DNA of 64,000 nt from Caecitellus pseudoparvulus (Eukaryota > Protista > Bigyra: Bicosoecida): assembly GCA_965644315.1 (NCBI GenBank), contig CBFFRQ010000057.1, positions 310,001 to 374,000 on the forward strand, written 5' to 3'. Of the stretch, positions 1 to 12,200 are shown piece after piece (position 1 is the stretch's first letter; each line of letters begins with the position of its first letter). Under the pieces are notes generated by a model. It searched no databases. It was not told where the DNA came from and worked only from the letters and a program-made list of their open reading frames with translations. The position numbers were made by a program, and so were the translations under genes.

Positions 1-225
1 GGGGGGGCCGGCGCAAATGTCTCTACAACGACGCCGTGCGAGCCGGCATCCGTTTACACAAATCCACCCTTCGGGGTGCTGTGTGACAGCGATCACTGCA
101 TTGTTGCTTCCTGGTGAGGAAGCAGAGACCAGCCGTCTGGTCTACACAACAGAGAAACAGCGAAAGAGACTTGCTTTGTGGAAGAGAAACGCCGCCCACG
201 CCTCCACCGCGAGCTTTACCTCTCA

Positions 226-3200
226 CTACAAAGCATCTGAAGCCACAACATAATCTGAGCAGGGTCCATCCTGCCCTCCCTCTCGCACTGCGGGTGCGAG
301 TCCCACCCCCTCCAGGTCATCTGAGCACGTGTCTGTCACGTCGATAGCGTTGCCATAGTAGCCTTCCTTGCCGGGCTTGTCCCCCGCAGCGATGCTGAAG
401 AGCCGAGCATCCACGTACCCCCACATGGCGAAGGCTTGGCACTTGGCCTCGTACTGCAGCAGAGCTTCGCACACAACCCCAGCGCCGTCATCGTCCAGCA
501 CAATTTCCTTCTTCGAGAAGTACGCAGCAGGCTTGGTGATGGTGCAGCCCCCGTTAGCTCTGTCCAGACTCTGCACGCGGCCACGTCGGGCCTTGGGCAG
601 GCACGCACATGAGCCTGACCGCAGCAGGCCAGTGTGCAGCGGCACACGCAGCAAGCGGTCCGAAGTCTCTGGCCCCCACAGACCATCCTCTGCGATGCCT
701 TCAGTCACACCGCCACTTACTCGGTGAGAGTTGACCAGGCGCGGCAAGTCTGCGTTCCACCGGCGCTGGTATGCCAGCACTGTCAGGCGCCGCACATCCT
801 TCCAGCCCTTGGTGGCGGTCTGGCCACCGCAAGTGGGACCTCCTTTGTACCTGAGCACGCTCAGCCCGGCGTCAATGTACTCATGCGTGAGCGGGTGCTG
901 GGCAAGGTACTCGCTTTCTTCAGTGCTCCAGCCGCCAGGGGGAGGCTGAATCTGACCAGGTTCCACCAAAGTGCCTTCCAACACCCACCCGCTTCGCTGC
1001 AAAGCCCGGGCGTACCCCGCATCCAGCGTGGTGTTCAGGACCAGCATCGTCGTCCCAAAGGCCATAGACACTCTTCCAACAGAGTGGATACGTTCTTCCT
1101 TGGGTGTCTTTTTGCTGTCATCGACGGTGCCGCAGCTTTCATGGGCTGACAGCACGCTGTGCTCCAGCAGCGGCCGCCACATGTGCGTCACATTCATCAA
1201 GATCGGGTTCCAGTCTGCGTACATCTCGTCGGCGATGCTGACGGCGATGTTGCGGTCGGCCGCGGACATGTTCGCGACAGTGACATTCAGCTCAAATGCG
1301 CGCTCCTCCAGCGCTGCATCCTGCATGGCGTCCTTCACCAGTTGGCGGTAAGCAGACGTGGCATGCATGAGCGCCTGTGCGGCAGGTCGCTGCAGGAACG
1401 GTGCTTCGGCCGCGCGGCCGTGCAGGCCAACGCCAGAGGGTGGGTTGACTCGCGCCAGAGCTCCCTGGTCCAGACACAGCAAGTCGTCTGTGATGTGCGC
1501 GTTAAAGCGGGAAAGGGCAGGAACGTCACACGCGACATGTCGCAGGTCAGAGTCCTTGGGAGGCAAGCGCCAAGGCTCCGGCAAGCTGGCCCACTTGCCA
1601 CTGTACAGGTGTCTCACGGTCGGCTCCACAACCATGCTGATGGGGGGCTCCACAGGAACAGGTGCGGCATCTCCCAGAGGCTCCCACACGCCAGTAGTCG
1701 CATTGTACGCCTCCAGCTCGCCGTCAGGGCCAGGCAGCGCACCACTGGAAATGCTGCTCACATCAACGTCCTGCTTCTTGCAAGGGTTAGACGTCGGTCC
1801 ACATGCCTCTAGAGCAGTGTAGGTGAGGGGCGACCCATTCTCTTGCATGGTTCGTACACACTCCGCGTGTTCATGGGACTGATGAATGACTTGTTGCCCG
1901 GGACACGGCTGCGGCAGCTTCTTGACAAAGTTCTCGAGGAACCACATCGCAGCGCGAACCACTGCGGTATTGCAAGCCTGCTGTGTCTTCTGGTCCTCAA
2001 CAGCAACACTTGGCCAGAAGGCACAGTTGGCGCCGATGGGGAATCCATCTGCTGGAGTCGCAGCAAGAGCTTGCTGTGTCGGCCCGTCCATGCGGCCGGA
2101 CACGCGCAAGACAACAGAGGGGTCCTCCATGCCAACATTCGCATTCCACAGCATCTGGAAGGCTTTCAGCATCGTGTTGGATGGCAGGGCTGTAATGCCT
2201 GTCGCTGCGCCTCGCCCATCCACACCTGGCAGCACCCACACTTGCCAAGACATGGCTTCCCCATCCACTTTACTGGGGGCAAAGGGCTGCGCATGATTCA
2301 CTTCCCACTGGTAATCGTAGTCGCCCAGGGAAAGGGGCATGACGTCTGCCCACGTTTTCACCCTCTTCTTTGAGCCGTCACCCAGCGTGATGCGCACGCT
2401 TGCTCCGGAGGCTGTCAGCGGAGAATCACCAAGCACCACAGCAGCGCCTGACTCGAACATGGACAGGCCCGGGAGCTCAACAGCCGAGTTGTCGTTCCCT
2501 GTGCCGCCCTTGCCCTGCCAAGTGTACAAGAAGTGCTGCGTGATGGGGGTGCGCAGGCCTGCCGCAATGGTCAAGTTCGCACTGTACCCCACGGCAGCCC
2601 GTGTCAGCTCGACCTTGCGCCTGAGCGCCTGCAGCACTGCACGCTGCGCGTAAGGGACAACCTTTGCCTCCGATGTCAAACGAGCCAGGCCGCGATCCAC
2701 CAGCAGCTGCATGGAGTGGAAGGGGCCGCCCTCCTTGCACATGAATAGGGACAAGATTTGCAGGCTGACCTGACCACCGCATGTGGCTGGGTTCCGGGCA
2801 CACAGTTCCACCATCTGAGGTGGCAGCGGGTCCCGGGAAAAGCCACCACTGGTGCCTGGCGCAGGCGCCAACGCTTGTGGCGTTGTCGTGTCATCCTCCA
2901 CAGTGTTGGTGCGGGCAGCTGCGGAGCGCTTGAGCAAGTCATGAAGGCCAGTGCCCCACCGCCTGCTCCCTGCATACTGAAGGAAGGTGCTAGTGTTGCC
3001 AACTGGTGGCGGGAAGGGGCCAGCCAGTGGGGTGAATCCATGCAGTGTGGTGGCACCCGCCCGCCCGGCGTGAACATCCGGGTGCAAGATGGGAGCCACG
3101 ACACGCCCCTGCGTATCAATGGTGACACCCAACTTTGCAGGGGACAGGCTTTGCGGTGGTCCAGCAGATACCACCCCAGCGTTCCGGCACCTAGCCACAA

Positions 3201-6200
3201 GTGCGACGGCATCGGCAAACTGGGCTTGGGCTTGCTCAAGGAGTGAGGGCTCTTGGGGCACGGGGGGTGCTTTCAGCAGGAGATCCCCCAGGACTGGCGA
3301 AGTTACTCCAGAGCTGAGGACTTCCCCGGGAACCACTGGCGTGATAAGCTCGGCTGACCCAGGGGGAAGCTTGTACCAGGGAATGGGCGGCAGCGTGATG
3401 CTGACTTTGTACGGGGACAGGCGCTTGAACACTGGCACGTGGGGAACGCCGCCGACAGTCGAGCCCGCATCAGCTTCAGACTTGGAAGTGCGCACAGTCT
3501 CGGAGTGCGAGCACTGCCCAGCTTCCTTTATGACACCACCTTCGTCTCCATTGGCTGTGGCCACTGAGGGCTTAAATACACGGGCGACCTTCTTGTCCCC
3601 ACATTCATCATCCAGAGCCTGTGTTTCGCTCTGCGCTCGTCGAGCACGCACGACATGCTGCTCATCATACCAGAAAGCAGGGCGCTGGAAGACTTGCGCT
3701 GCTTCACGCTCGACTAAGTCAGCCTCGGCAGGCTCCGCCAGAGAGCGACGGCTGGGAGCTGCGCCGGCCGCCTCGCGGTCAGCATAGGCCAGAGAGGCTG
3801 GGTCCATCGGGGGTCCACTGCTTAGAGCCCCAGCGGTTGAGTCGGTGTGGACTGTCCAGTAGGCTGGTGCAGGTGGCCCAAACATGGCCAGGGTGGGGTC
3901 AAATGCGGTTGGGAGGCTTGCCATGTTCGCCAAAGGATGGCTTCCATCGACGACTTCTCCCACAGGTGTCCAGAAGAGGATGCACTCCGCATGGCGCCGC
4001 TGAATCAACGCCGAGGAAACGTGGATCTCAGCAGGCGTGCTTGATGGGGTGGCACCAGCGACTGCGACTGTGGTCGTGGAGATGCTGGCACTGGGCAGGC
4101 CTGAGTACGCGGCTGCCTCTCGTCGCATGAGTGAGCAGACTTCATCGTACCGCCCCTGCACAAGGGCAGATCGTAGGTCAGACATGCGCCGCTCTGCTAA
4201 CGTGCTGCAGTCTGTGGAAAGCACGAAAGACACCAGCGCGGAGAACTGGTTTGCGTTCAGCGCCACTCCATGGGGAAGGTGCGTGCGCACACAACGCTCG
4301 GCGTCTTGCACGTCAGCGCGCAGGAAAGCTCGCGCCCTGTCCATCGAAATGGGGGAGGCTCCCAAGATGGACGCAGCCTCAGCCACAGTGCCAGCGCCTT
4401 CCACAACGTGCCCGAAGCCCACAGATACCACACCAGGCGGATCATACGCACCATGGTAAGGCACCAGGCGGCTTTGCACTGTAGAGCCGCCAGCGTCACC
4501 ACCTTCGAAGTGCTCCAGCAATGCCATGCCAACTGGGGTGGTGGACAGTAAGCTTAAGGTCGTTGTCGCAGCGTGGCCACCTGGCGAGCACCTGTCTCCT
4601 CGTCCACCGCAGTGATCAGCCGTGGAGATGGGCTTCAGTGGCCGCGTGACGCCGCCACCATGCGACAAGAAAGCCTCTTGTTCGTGGGGTGTGTATGACG
4701 GTCCACGAGAGCACTGAGCTCCTGTGGAGCAGGTGCGTGTTTCCACCAGCGCGGGACAAGGGCCACCGACCGCTGTTGTACTGCTTGAGCCGGGTGGAGA
4801 GGAGGTGACCAGTCGTGAACGCGAGCTGATCCCAGTACCACAGCTCACGCTACAGACAGACCATTCAGACCAACCGCCGACAGTGCATGTCGATAGGGCG
4901 CGCGCCAGCGCGCGCGCATGGGGCGATTGCTCTCGCTGAACAGGAGATGGGTGTAGCTTCTCTGCTTCTCGCATGGCAACAACAGCGTTTGCCGTGTGAA
5001 TGCCAATAGCTGGCCCCGCTGAAAAGACTTCCGCATCGCTTTCCAGGCGCAAGGCTCGGCTGGGCCGCTCTTCAAGGATCGCGACGAGCTCAGACTCAGC
5101 CGCTGCTGCACCGTGCTCGGTGATGACAAGGTGCGTGCCATCCTCGTGCTCAAAGAGTGCCGTGGATGGTCCCTCCAGCTGCAGCAGGCGCCTTGCAGAG
5201 CACTTGGAGTTTGTGAAGGCTGGGTCAACGAGACCATTCGGCAGGCCGGGGTAGCTCCACCATGAGTTCGTGTCTGTTCGAGGGTCAGCCTTAGGCACTG
5301 CACTTGTGAAGCCCCTAAAGGTCTTGGACGGGTCATACGTCGCTGTCGGCACTGCTGGCTCGTAGAAGCTGGGCAGGGGCGGGTCCTCCCCTGGAGGTGT
5401 CCAAAACAGGACGCATTCCATGTGCCTGCGCTGAACGGCTGCTTCATCCCAGCACCCTGGCGATGCAGGGCTGCCTTGAATGAACGTGCGCAGACGCGGG
5501 CAGAATCCGGACCAGTTCTCACCATTCATGCCAGCATTGGCAGAGTCTACAGAGGTCCAGGCAGCAGGGCCAACATCGTAGGCAAACACTACAAGCGCAG
5601 AAAACTGATTGACAGTCAGCGCAACACCTTCCCACGCTTCTGCCACCTTGCCAGCGAGAGTCTCAACTTCAATGCGCAGCCCTGCTTCCGTCTGTGACTC
5701 GGTCCAGGAGCAGTAAGATGCAGGGCTGCCGCCGGAGCACTTTGTAAGCTCAGTCTGGGCAGCAACAACAGAGGAGAACTCGCGCAAGGGGGTGCTGTAA
5801 CCATTGGTGAGCAGCCATGGCCGCGCTGTTCGGTGGGTACCTGCGGCAGATGTGTGGGCCCACGACTGACGAATGAGCTCCATAGCCGCAGGCGTGACAG
5901 TTGTGGTCGTGTGGTCCTTGGAAGCTTGGCCAGCAGACACAGGGAAAGGACCACAGGCAAATCCGCGACCGCCACACCAATCGCTAAAGGCTGAAGTGGG
6001 GCTGAAGCGCACCGCACCTCCCGGCCCGTGCACTAAGGTGTTGGCCGGCCAAGATGCTGGGATGGTCGTGGGGGGTGAGGGTCCAGGCACAAAAGGCCCA
6101 CCCACATACTGCACACCACGGTCCAAGCCTCGAATGTCCTTACCACTACCCTGTGCACCATTCAGGGGCATGTCTTCAGCATACAGGGCGTTGGTCGCCG

Positions 6201-9200
6201 AAAGGAAGGTTTCCATTTCCTCCACTGCTGCCACATACAGCAGGGGCACTACGGCTGTGTCCCAGACCGGTGCGCGAGAGACCTCCCGTACCCAGGTCAT
6301 GAGCAGATCCCGAGGAATGCCACCTGTGGCCGCAATAGTCTTGCGCTGTTCTGAGGGCCCGGATGCCAGGAAAGCTTGAAGTCCTGCTGGCAACTCGGCC
6401 ACTTGCTTTGGGGAGAGAGCTTTGAGGCGCTCACGGGCCTGCTCCAGGATACTTCCGACCGGTTCTTCCCACTCAGACTCACCTTCGCCGTCTTGTGGGA
6501 TATCGGGAGGGCGAGTGATGTTCTGATAAGCTGTGGCATTCAGGGTTGCGTTCGGGAGGAACATATCAATGTTCAGCGTGTGCCCTGAGTACTTGTTTCC
6601 CACGTAATTCCAGTCCCCCACCTCTTTGACTGGGTCAGACGGGGACCCCAAGAGCACATCAATCCCCTGCAGCGTGGGGTGAGGTCGTGTGCGGAGCCAC
6701 TCGAAGTTCTTCACAGACTTCTCATTCAGGTACTTCGCAGCATGAGTGTAGTTGGAAGCAAGCCCTCGCACCAACGCTGCACGCATGAAAGGGTTGCTGA
6801 CAACGTCGTCAGCGAACGTGTCACACGAGGACTCAAAGGTGATGGAGACACCTCCACGCTGCAGGGCTGCTGCGGAGGGCAGCACCTGCCCACTTTGGGG
6901 GACCAGGTCTGACGTGACCTTCATAGGCCATGACGTGAGCGGCGTGACCGATACCTTGTGCATGCCGCCCTCAGCCGAGGCTTCTTCGATGGTAGCAGTG
7001 TACGTCGCAGAGTACTCCTTCACGCCCAAGGGAAGGTCCTTGATATCATCATATACTAAGCGGTTCTCTAAGTCAGTTGGCCTCAAGGCTTGCCCTTCCC
7101 ACATGAGGGCTGTGTCCGCACCAGTCTTCGCAGAGTGCACTCGTGCAGAGATGATCTCTTTGGACACGCCAAGGTTAGGATCTGGCGCGCCGCCTACTTT
7201 CGTCACGCCATCCACGAGCGGCCCTGAGACCGGGAACAAGGCCTGCAGGGCGCCTGATAGCACCGGGAATGAATCTGCGCTAGGATTGCCTGCCTTGAAG
7301 GCAGCTGCGCCAGCTCGGTACGTTCGCTGCAGCTCCATCCAATACACATTCAGCTTGTCGATGGGCTGGCGACCAGCTATGGCCGTAGAGTTCGCATCCC
7401 CGCTAGCTTGAGCCGTGGCTTGTGTACCGGGGGTGATTTGGTCGCCTCCTGCCACTCGCAAAGCTTCAGGCAAGACGGGGTTTGTGTCGTTGCTACCGGC
7501 AGGCACGACAGTGACTGTGGAGGCTGCGGTGCCACTGACGGAGTCCAGGTTGTTGGCAGGATCATCCTCCATTGTGGGCAGTGGGAAGAGCTGTGTGCTG
7601 GCCCGCGTGCTGATGCGCAGCATGATGTTTGGGTCACCAGCATACAGCCCCCGCACAGGGTTTGTCTTGATGCACACTCCGCGCGACCACGTGGGGAGTC
7701 GCCCAGAATAGAAGGCATACGATTGAGAGGGCAGGTACGTGCGAGCACAGTGGGAGTCACCAATCGCTTGCAGTGTGGCCCATTTGAGGGTCATATCAGC
7801 AACAAAGAGGGAGCGGTCCTCCACCCGTGTGCGTGGCGCTTCAGTGCTGCTGTATCCTGGGGGGGGAACTCCCGAGCCATCGTCACCAAGAGGGTTGCCT
7901 GCAACCCCTCCGTCTGTAGTGCCTGCAGGTGCAGGGTCGGCATCTTCAGCAGCTTTGCTCGCACCCTCTGCGCTCAATGCATGGAAGGAAAGCAGCGCCA
8001 TTGTGGGAGCCAAGCTCCTGCCCTCGTGACGAGTGCGGATGGCACTCTTCGACTGCGTCAGGGCACAAGACTGCACAGCTGAGCCATCATCGGTAGGCTC
8101 CTCCACCGTCTTTGCAGCAGTGGGGGGAACGCGTGCAGGCTTGCATGCTGACATGGCGTCAGTAGCTGGAGTTTCTACAGGCAGGTATTTGCTGCGCAGG
8201 AATGCAATGTCCGCACTATCTGTCTTGGTGGAGAACTCGGACGGCAACCGCCACAAAGGCGTGTATGCGTATGATGCAAATAAGCGTGGGTGAACTTCAG
8301 CTGCAGCCATGCCTGCAGCGTAGGGTTTGCCCACCATCTCTTGCGCGGGTGCTGTTGGGATGTAGGCCGCTGCGATACCACCGGCTGTAATGACTCGGGG
8401 AGACAGGGGGGCGTCGAAGAACAGGGCGCTGTCCAAGGGCATGGAGAAGCGCTGCAGTACACCAGGCTTGACCGAAGCTATGGGGTAGACAGTGATGGTG
8501 GAGTATGTCATCCACCTGCCAACAGCCTCTACCTCGAGGAAGATGAAGCGCAGGCGCTGTGCTTCCCCTGGCTCGCCGTCTTCCACGGGCTCTGTTGCCG
8601 CGCTGGTGTCGGAAAGGCCTCGCACCTTACCATTGCCCACTGCGTCCTTAGGATCTGCAGAGAGACCAGCGGCGTACAGCTCAACGTATTGCCCCTCTGG
8701 GCCAAGCCCTCGACCAGCGTGAGGTGCAAAGCCTTCTTCTTCAGCAACTTCAACCTTGCTGTTGGCCGCAACAGTCACCTCCGCATGTTTACGGAGTTTC
8801 CCATCCAGGACCTTTACACGAGTCTGCGCCGCAGATGCGGGGGCCTTATTCACGGTTCTTCCATCCAGTCGCTGCTTGCACAGCTCAGCCCAGACATCGT
8901 TGTCGATGACTTCGGATGACCCAGTCAGCCCTGCCCGCGCAGCTCGCAGGTCTGCCACGAGCTGCCCAGTGTCCTTACCACCCCCTTGGTACTTTGGATC
9001 GCTCCAAGTTCCAGATGGTGTGAACTGCACTGGTCTCAGGCCCAAGGCGTCTACAAGCAGCTCCTGCGCAAGCCACAAGTCATCGCTGGGCGGTGAGGAG
9101 CTGGACAGCTGTGGCTTGGTGTCGCACACGCCAATCGGCAAGTGTGTGGCGTGAACGACAATGCGCTTGGCATCCACGGGGATGGGCACTGCGAAGTAGC

Positions 9201-12200
9201 GGCGGCGCCCTCGAACGGCAGTGACTCGCTGGGGCCGCCCGGCGTGCATGGGCAGCACCTCGCTAACTGTGACGGAGCCACGGAAGTCCTCGCCTACTTT
9301 GTTCTTTCGTGAAGGGTCTGGGAGGAGATAGGCGCCAAAGTACCCGTCAAAGTTGACGTCGCGGCATCTTTGAGCCCATGGAGTGGGTACGCCCGCAGGT
9401 GACGCCTCCTCATCCACCATGGTCTCATCCAAGCAAGGGACCCACATGCGATCGGAACCTGACATGGTGATTTGGGCAGTGTGCTTGCGACCTGGAACAG
9501 GCACAGTGTGGGGCTCATTCCAACGCATGCTCTGCTTCTTCTTCTTGCCAGACACAAAGGAGTCCATGTTCGCAACGGCTGAGCTGAAGGCAGTGGTCAG
9601 GGGAGTGTTGGAGTAGTATACGTCCAGGTCTCCCCTCACCTCAGAAGTGGTCACAAAGAGCCCGATGGCTCGGTCAGAAATCACTGGCTGCAACAATGCG
9701 TGAGTCTTGCTGTTGTCCATGCAGCGCTGCTTGGCAGTGACAGTGATGGGCTTGTTCAGCAGCATGCCCCGCACAAGGTTCATGCCCACTGCGGCTTGGC
9801 ACAACTCAACGTTGGGCGTGATGAAAGTCAAGAGGTTCCACTTGCCACCACCTGGTGCGTGGAAACTGTGTCCTTCCATGCACACGGTCATCGCCGACAC
9901 TGACCCACTTCGGGCAGCTTTCACAACATCGTTGACGCTAGACACGTGCACGAGCCGCCGGGAGGCAGCTTCGGAGTTCCACGACGCAGGGGCCAGGCTG
10001 CGGTGCGAAGTCCACTCGGAAGTGGCAAGGTTGTGGGAACTGGTGTCGTCGAAAGGCTCCAGCGACAGGTACAGGTTTACTTTGCCAATTACCTGCTTCG
10101 TGCTGGAAGTCTGGTCCCACACCGTCGTGTGCGACGTGACGTAGAAGCGCAACGTATCGTCGGGAATGTCCAGCTTGTACAACGTCCTTCCACCGGCAGC
10201 ATGATCTGCAGGGGAACCTGGCAGAGCACCACCAGTGGCAGTCTTGATAGTGGACCCGGCTCCGATGGGCATGGTGGCAACGTGCACTAACCCTGGCTCC
10301 AGCTTGCGCAGAGGTGAGAAGAGGGTGCTGAGGGTTGCAAAGGTGGAGGGGTCATTGATGCTTCCAGGAGATGCCAGCGTCTTGACTCGTGTAACCATGG
10401 CTGTTTTTGAGCTTTGCTGCCAGTACTCGCAAGTGCTGTCTTGCCCTTTGTGCCCCTCAGCGCTGGGCCCAGTCTTTGAGCACGACAGGGGCACAGTTCG
10501 AATGAAGGAGTGGTACATGTCCTCACCTGCTTTCCGCAAGGTGTTGGCGATCCACAGCTCATGTCGCATGACGCCACACCGATCATACACTGGCAGCCGC
10601 GCGTACTTCTTTGGCGAAGGGACTGCATCAATGTACTCCTTCCCATTTTCAGTCTTGCGGTTGGCTGCAGTAGCAGCAAAGGGGCCGCTCTTGTGCCAAG
10701 AATGGCGCGCCGAGGCACGCTGTGACAGGTCCGTCTCGAACACAGTCTGCCCGTCGTTGTTCTTGTTGGCCCACTGTGGATCCGTCCAGTAGCTGAACTT
10801 CAAGCTGGAATCGTACCGCGCGGGGACTTTGTCGAATGACTCCACTCGGTGCGTGACAACTCCCAGTTCGTTCTTGAGGGGCGGGTGCAACCAGCCGCTG
10901 GAGCCGGGCACTGGGATGGGACCCAGGCATTGCCAAGCGACGGTTCGAGGGTACATCAGCCACCAAGCCTTGCTGTATGATAGCTTGTCACCTATGCCAG
11001 TGGACTTGAGCTTCTTTTGGAACCATTTGTTTTTCTTGATGAGGTCCAGCAGCTTGCCGATGGCCCCGTTTCGTTCGCCACTGTCATCCTTCGCAGTGGT
11101 TTTCTGGGTGACCTTCACCTTGGCTAGGCCTGGGTTGTCTCGCTTCCAATTCACGTAGTCTCCTCTAAGCTTCTCCACCATGGCACAGTCTTCTTCAGAC
11201 CCCTTGCACTTCGTCGACTGCAGGTTTCGCTTGACACGAGTCAGCAGGCCGTCGTGCTTGGACACAGCAAGGGCAGCATGGGCGGCAGACAGCTGCCTTG
11301 CAGTTGAAAAGGGATCTTGGAGTGCCTCCTCACTGGCATCCCGCAGCTCAACAAGGGTCTGTCCCAGTGCTCGGCCATGCGCCGTTACAATAGTGTTCGA
11401 GGCATTCAGCACGAGTGGAGCATGCTGATTTACCGCATAGTCTCTCTGGTGCCGGACGTGCTCCAGACGCAGGCGGTGAAGCGTGCGAGCGGAAGACACG
11501 GAGCCGACCAGCTCAATAGCAACAAGGTGATCCCCGTCATGTAGTGTGTGAAGACCTGCGTCTCCGTTGCCTGCCAGCTCATGCAACTGACGAGCCAGGC
11601 CAGACATGTCGTTGAGGGAGTCCTCAAATTCCCTGTCACCAGCTTCCAAGACCCGGATAGACACACGAGGGTCTGGCACGCGCCCCCCCAGAGCTGTTCC
11701 GTATGCTGCTTGCAGGGTGTCAGCAGTGCGCTGCGCTTGATCTCGAGGCATACCCCCAGCATGTGCAGAATACACGGCTGCTTGCGCGTGGCCGGAACGG
11801 GACTGGCCTGTGACGGGCAAGGAGACGTCGCGCACAAGTACAGGCTCTTGCCTACCAGCTGCGATGTCCCGGAGCTGGCGATGGAGAACTGCATGCCGAA
11901 GGCTATCTGCTGAAATGAATCGGTGAGAAATCTTCCGCCTCGTGGCTTTAGGAGCTTCCCAAGGGAGCACCTCACCAGGCACGGCATCCACCTCCACTCC
12001 ATCAGCATCAAGAACACGGATATTCTCTCGCTCTAGAGGGACAAGCACGGGTGTCTCATCGGACAGTCGACGAGGTGCCACCCTGTGCCACAGCGCACCT
12101 TGGCCAGGAGCGTGGCTTGGGGCCAGCCCTCGGCCGCGCTCTTGCAGCAAGCCAGGCTGGGACAGCTCCAAGCCGAGAGGACCAGGAAGCATGCCTCGAA

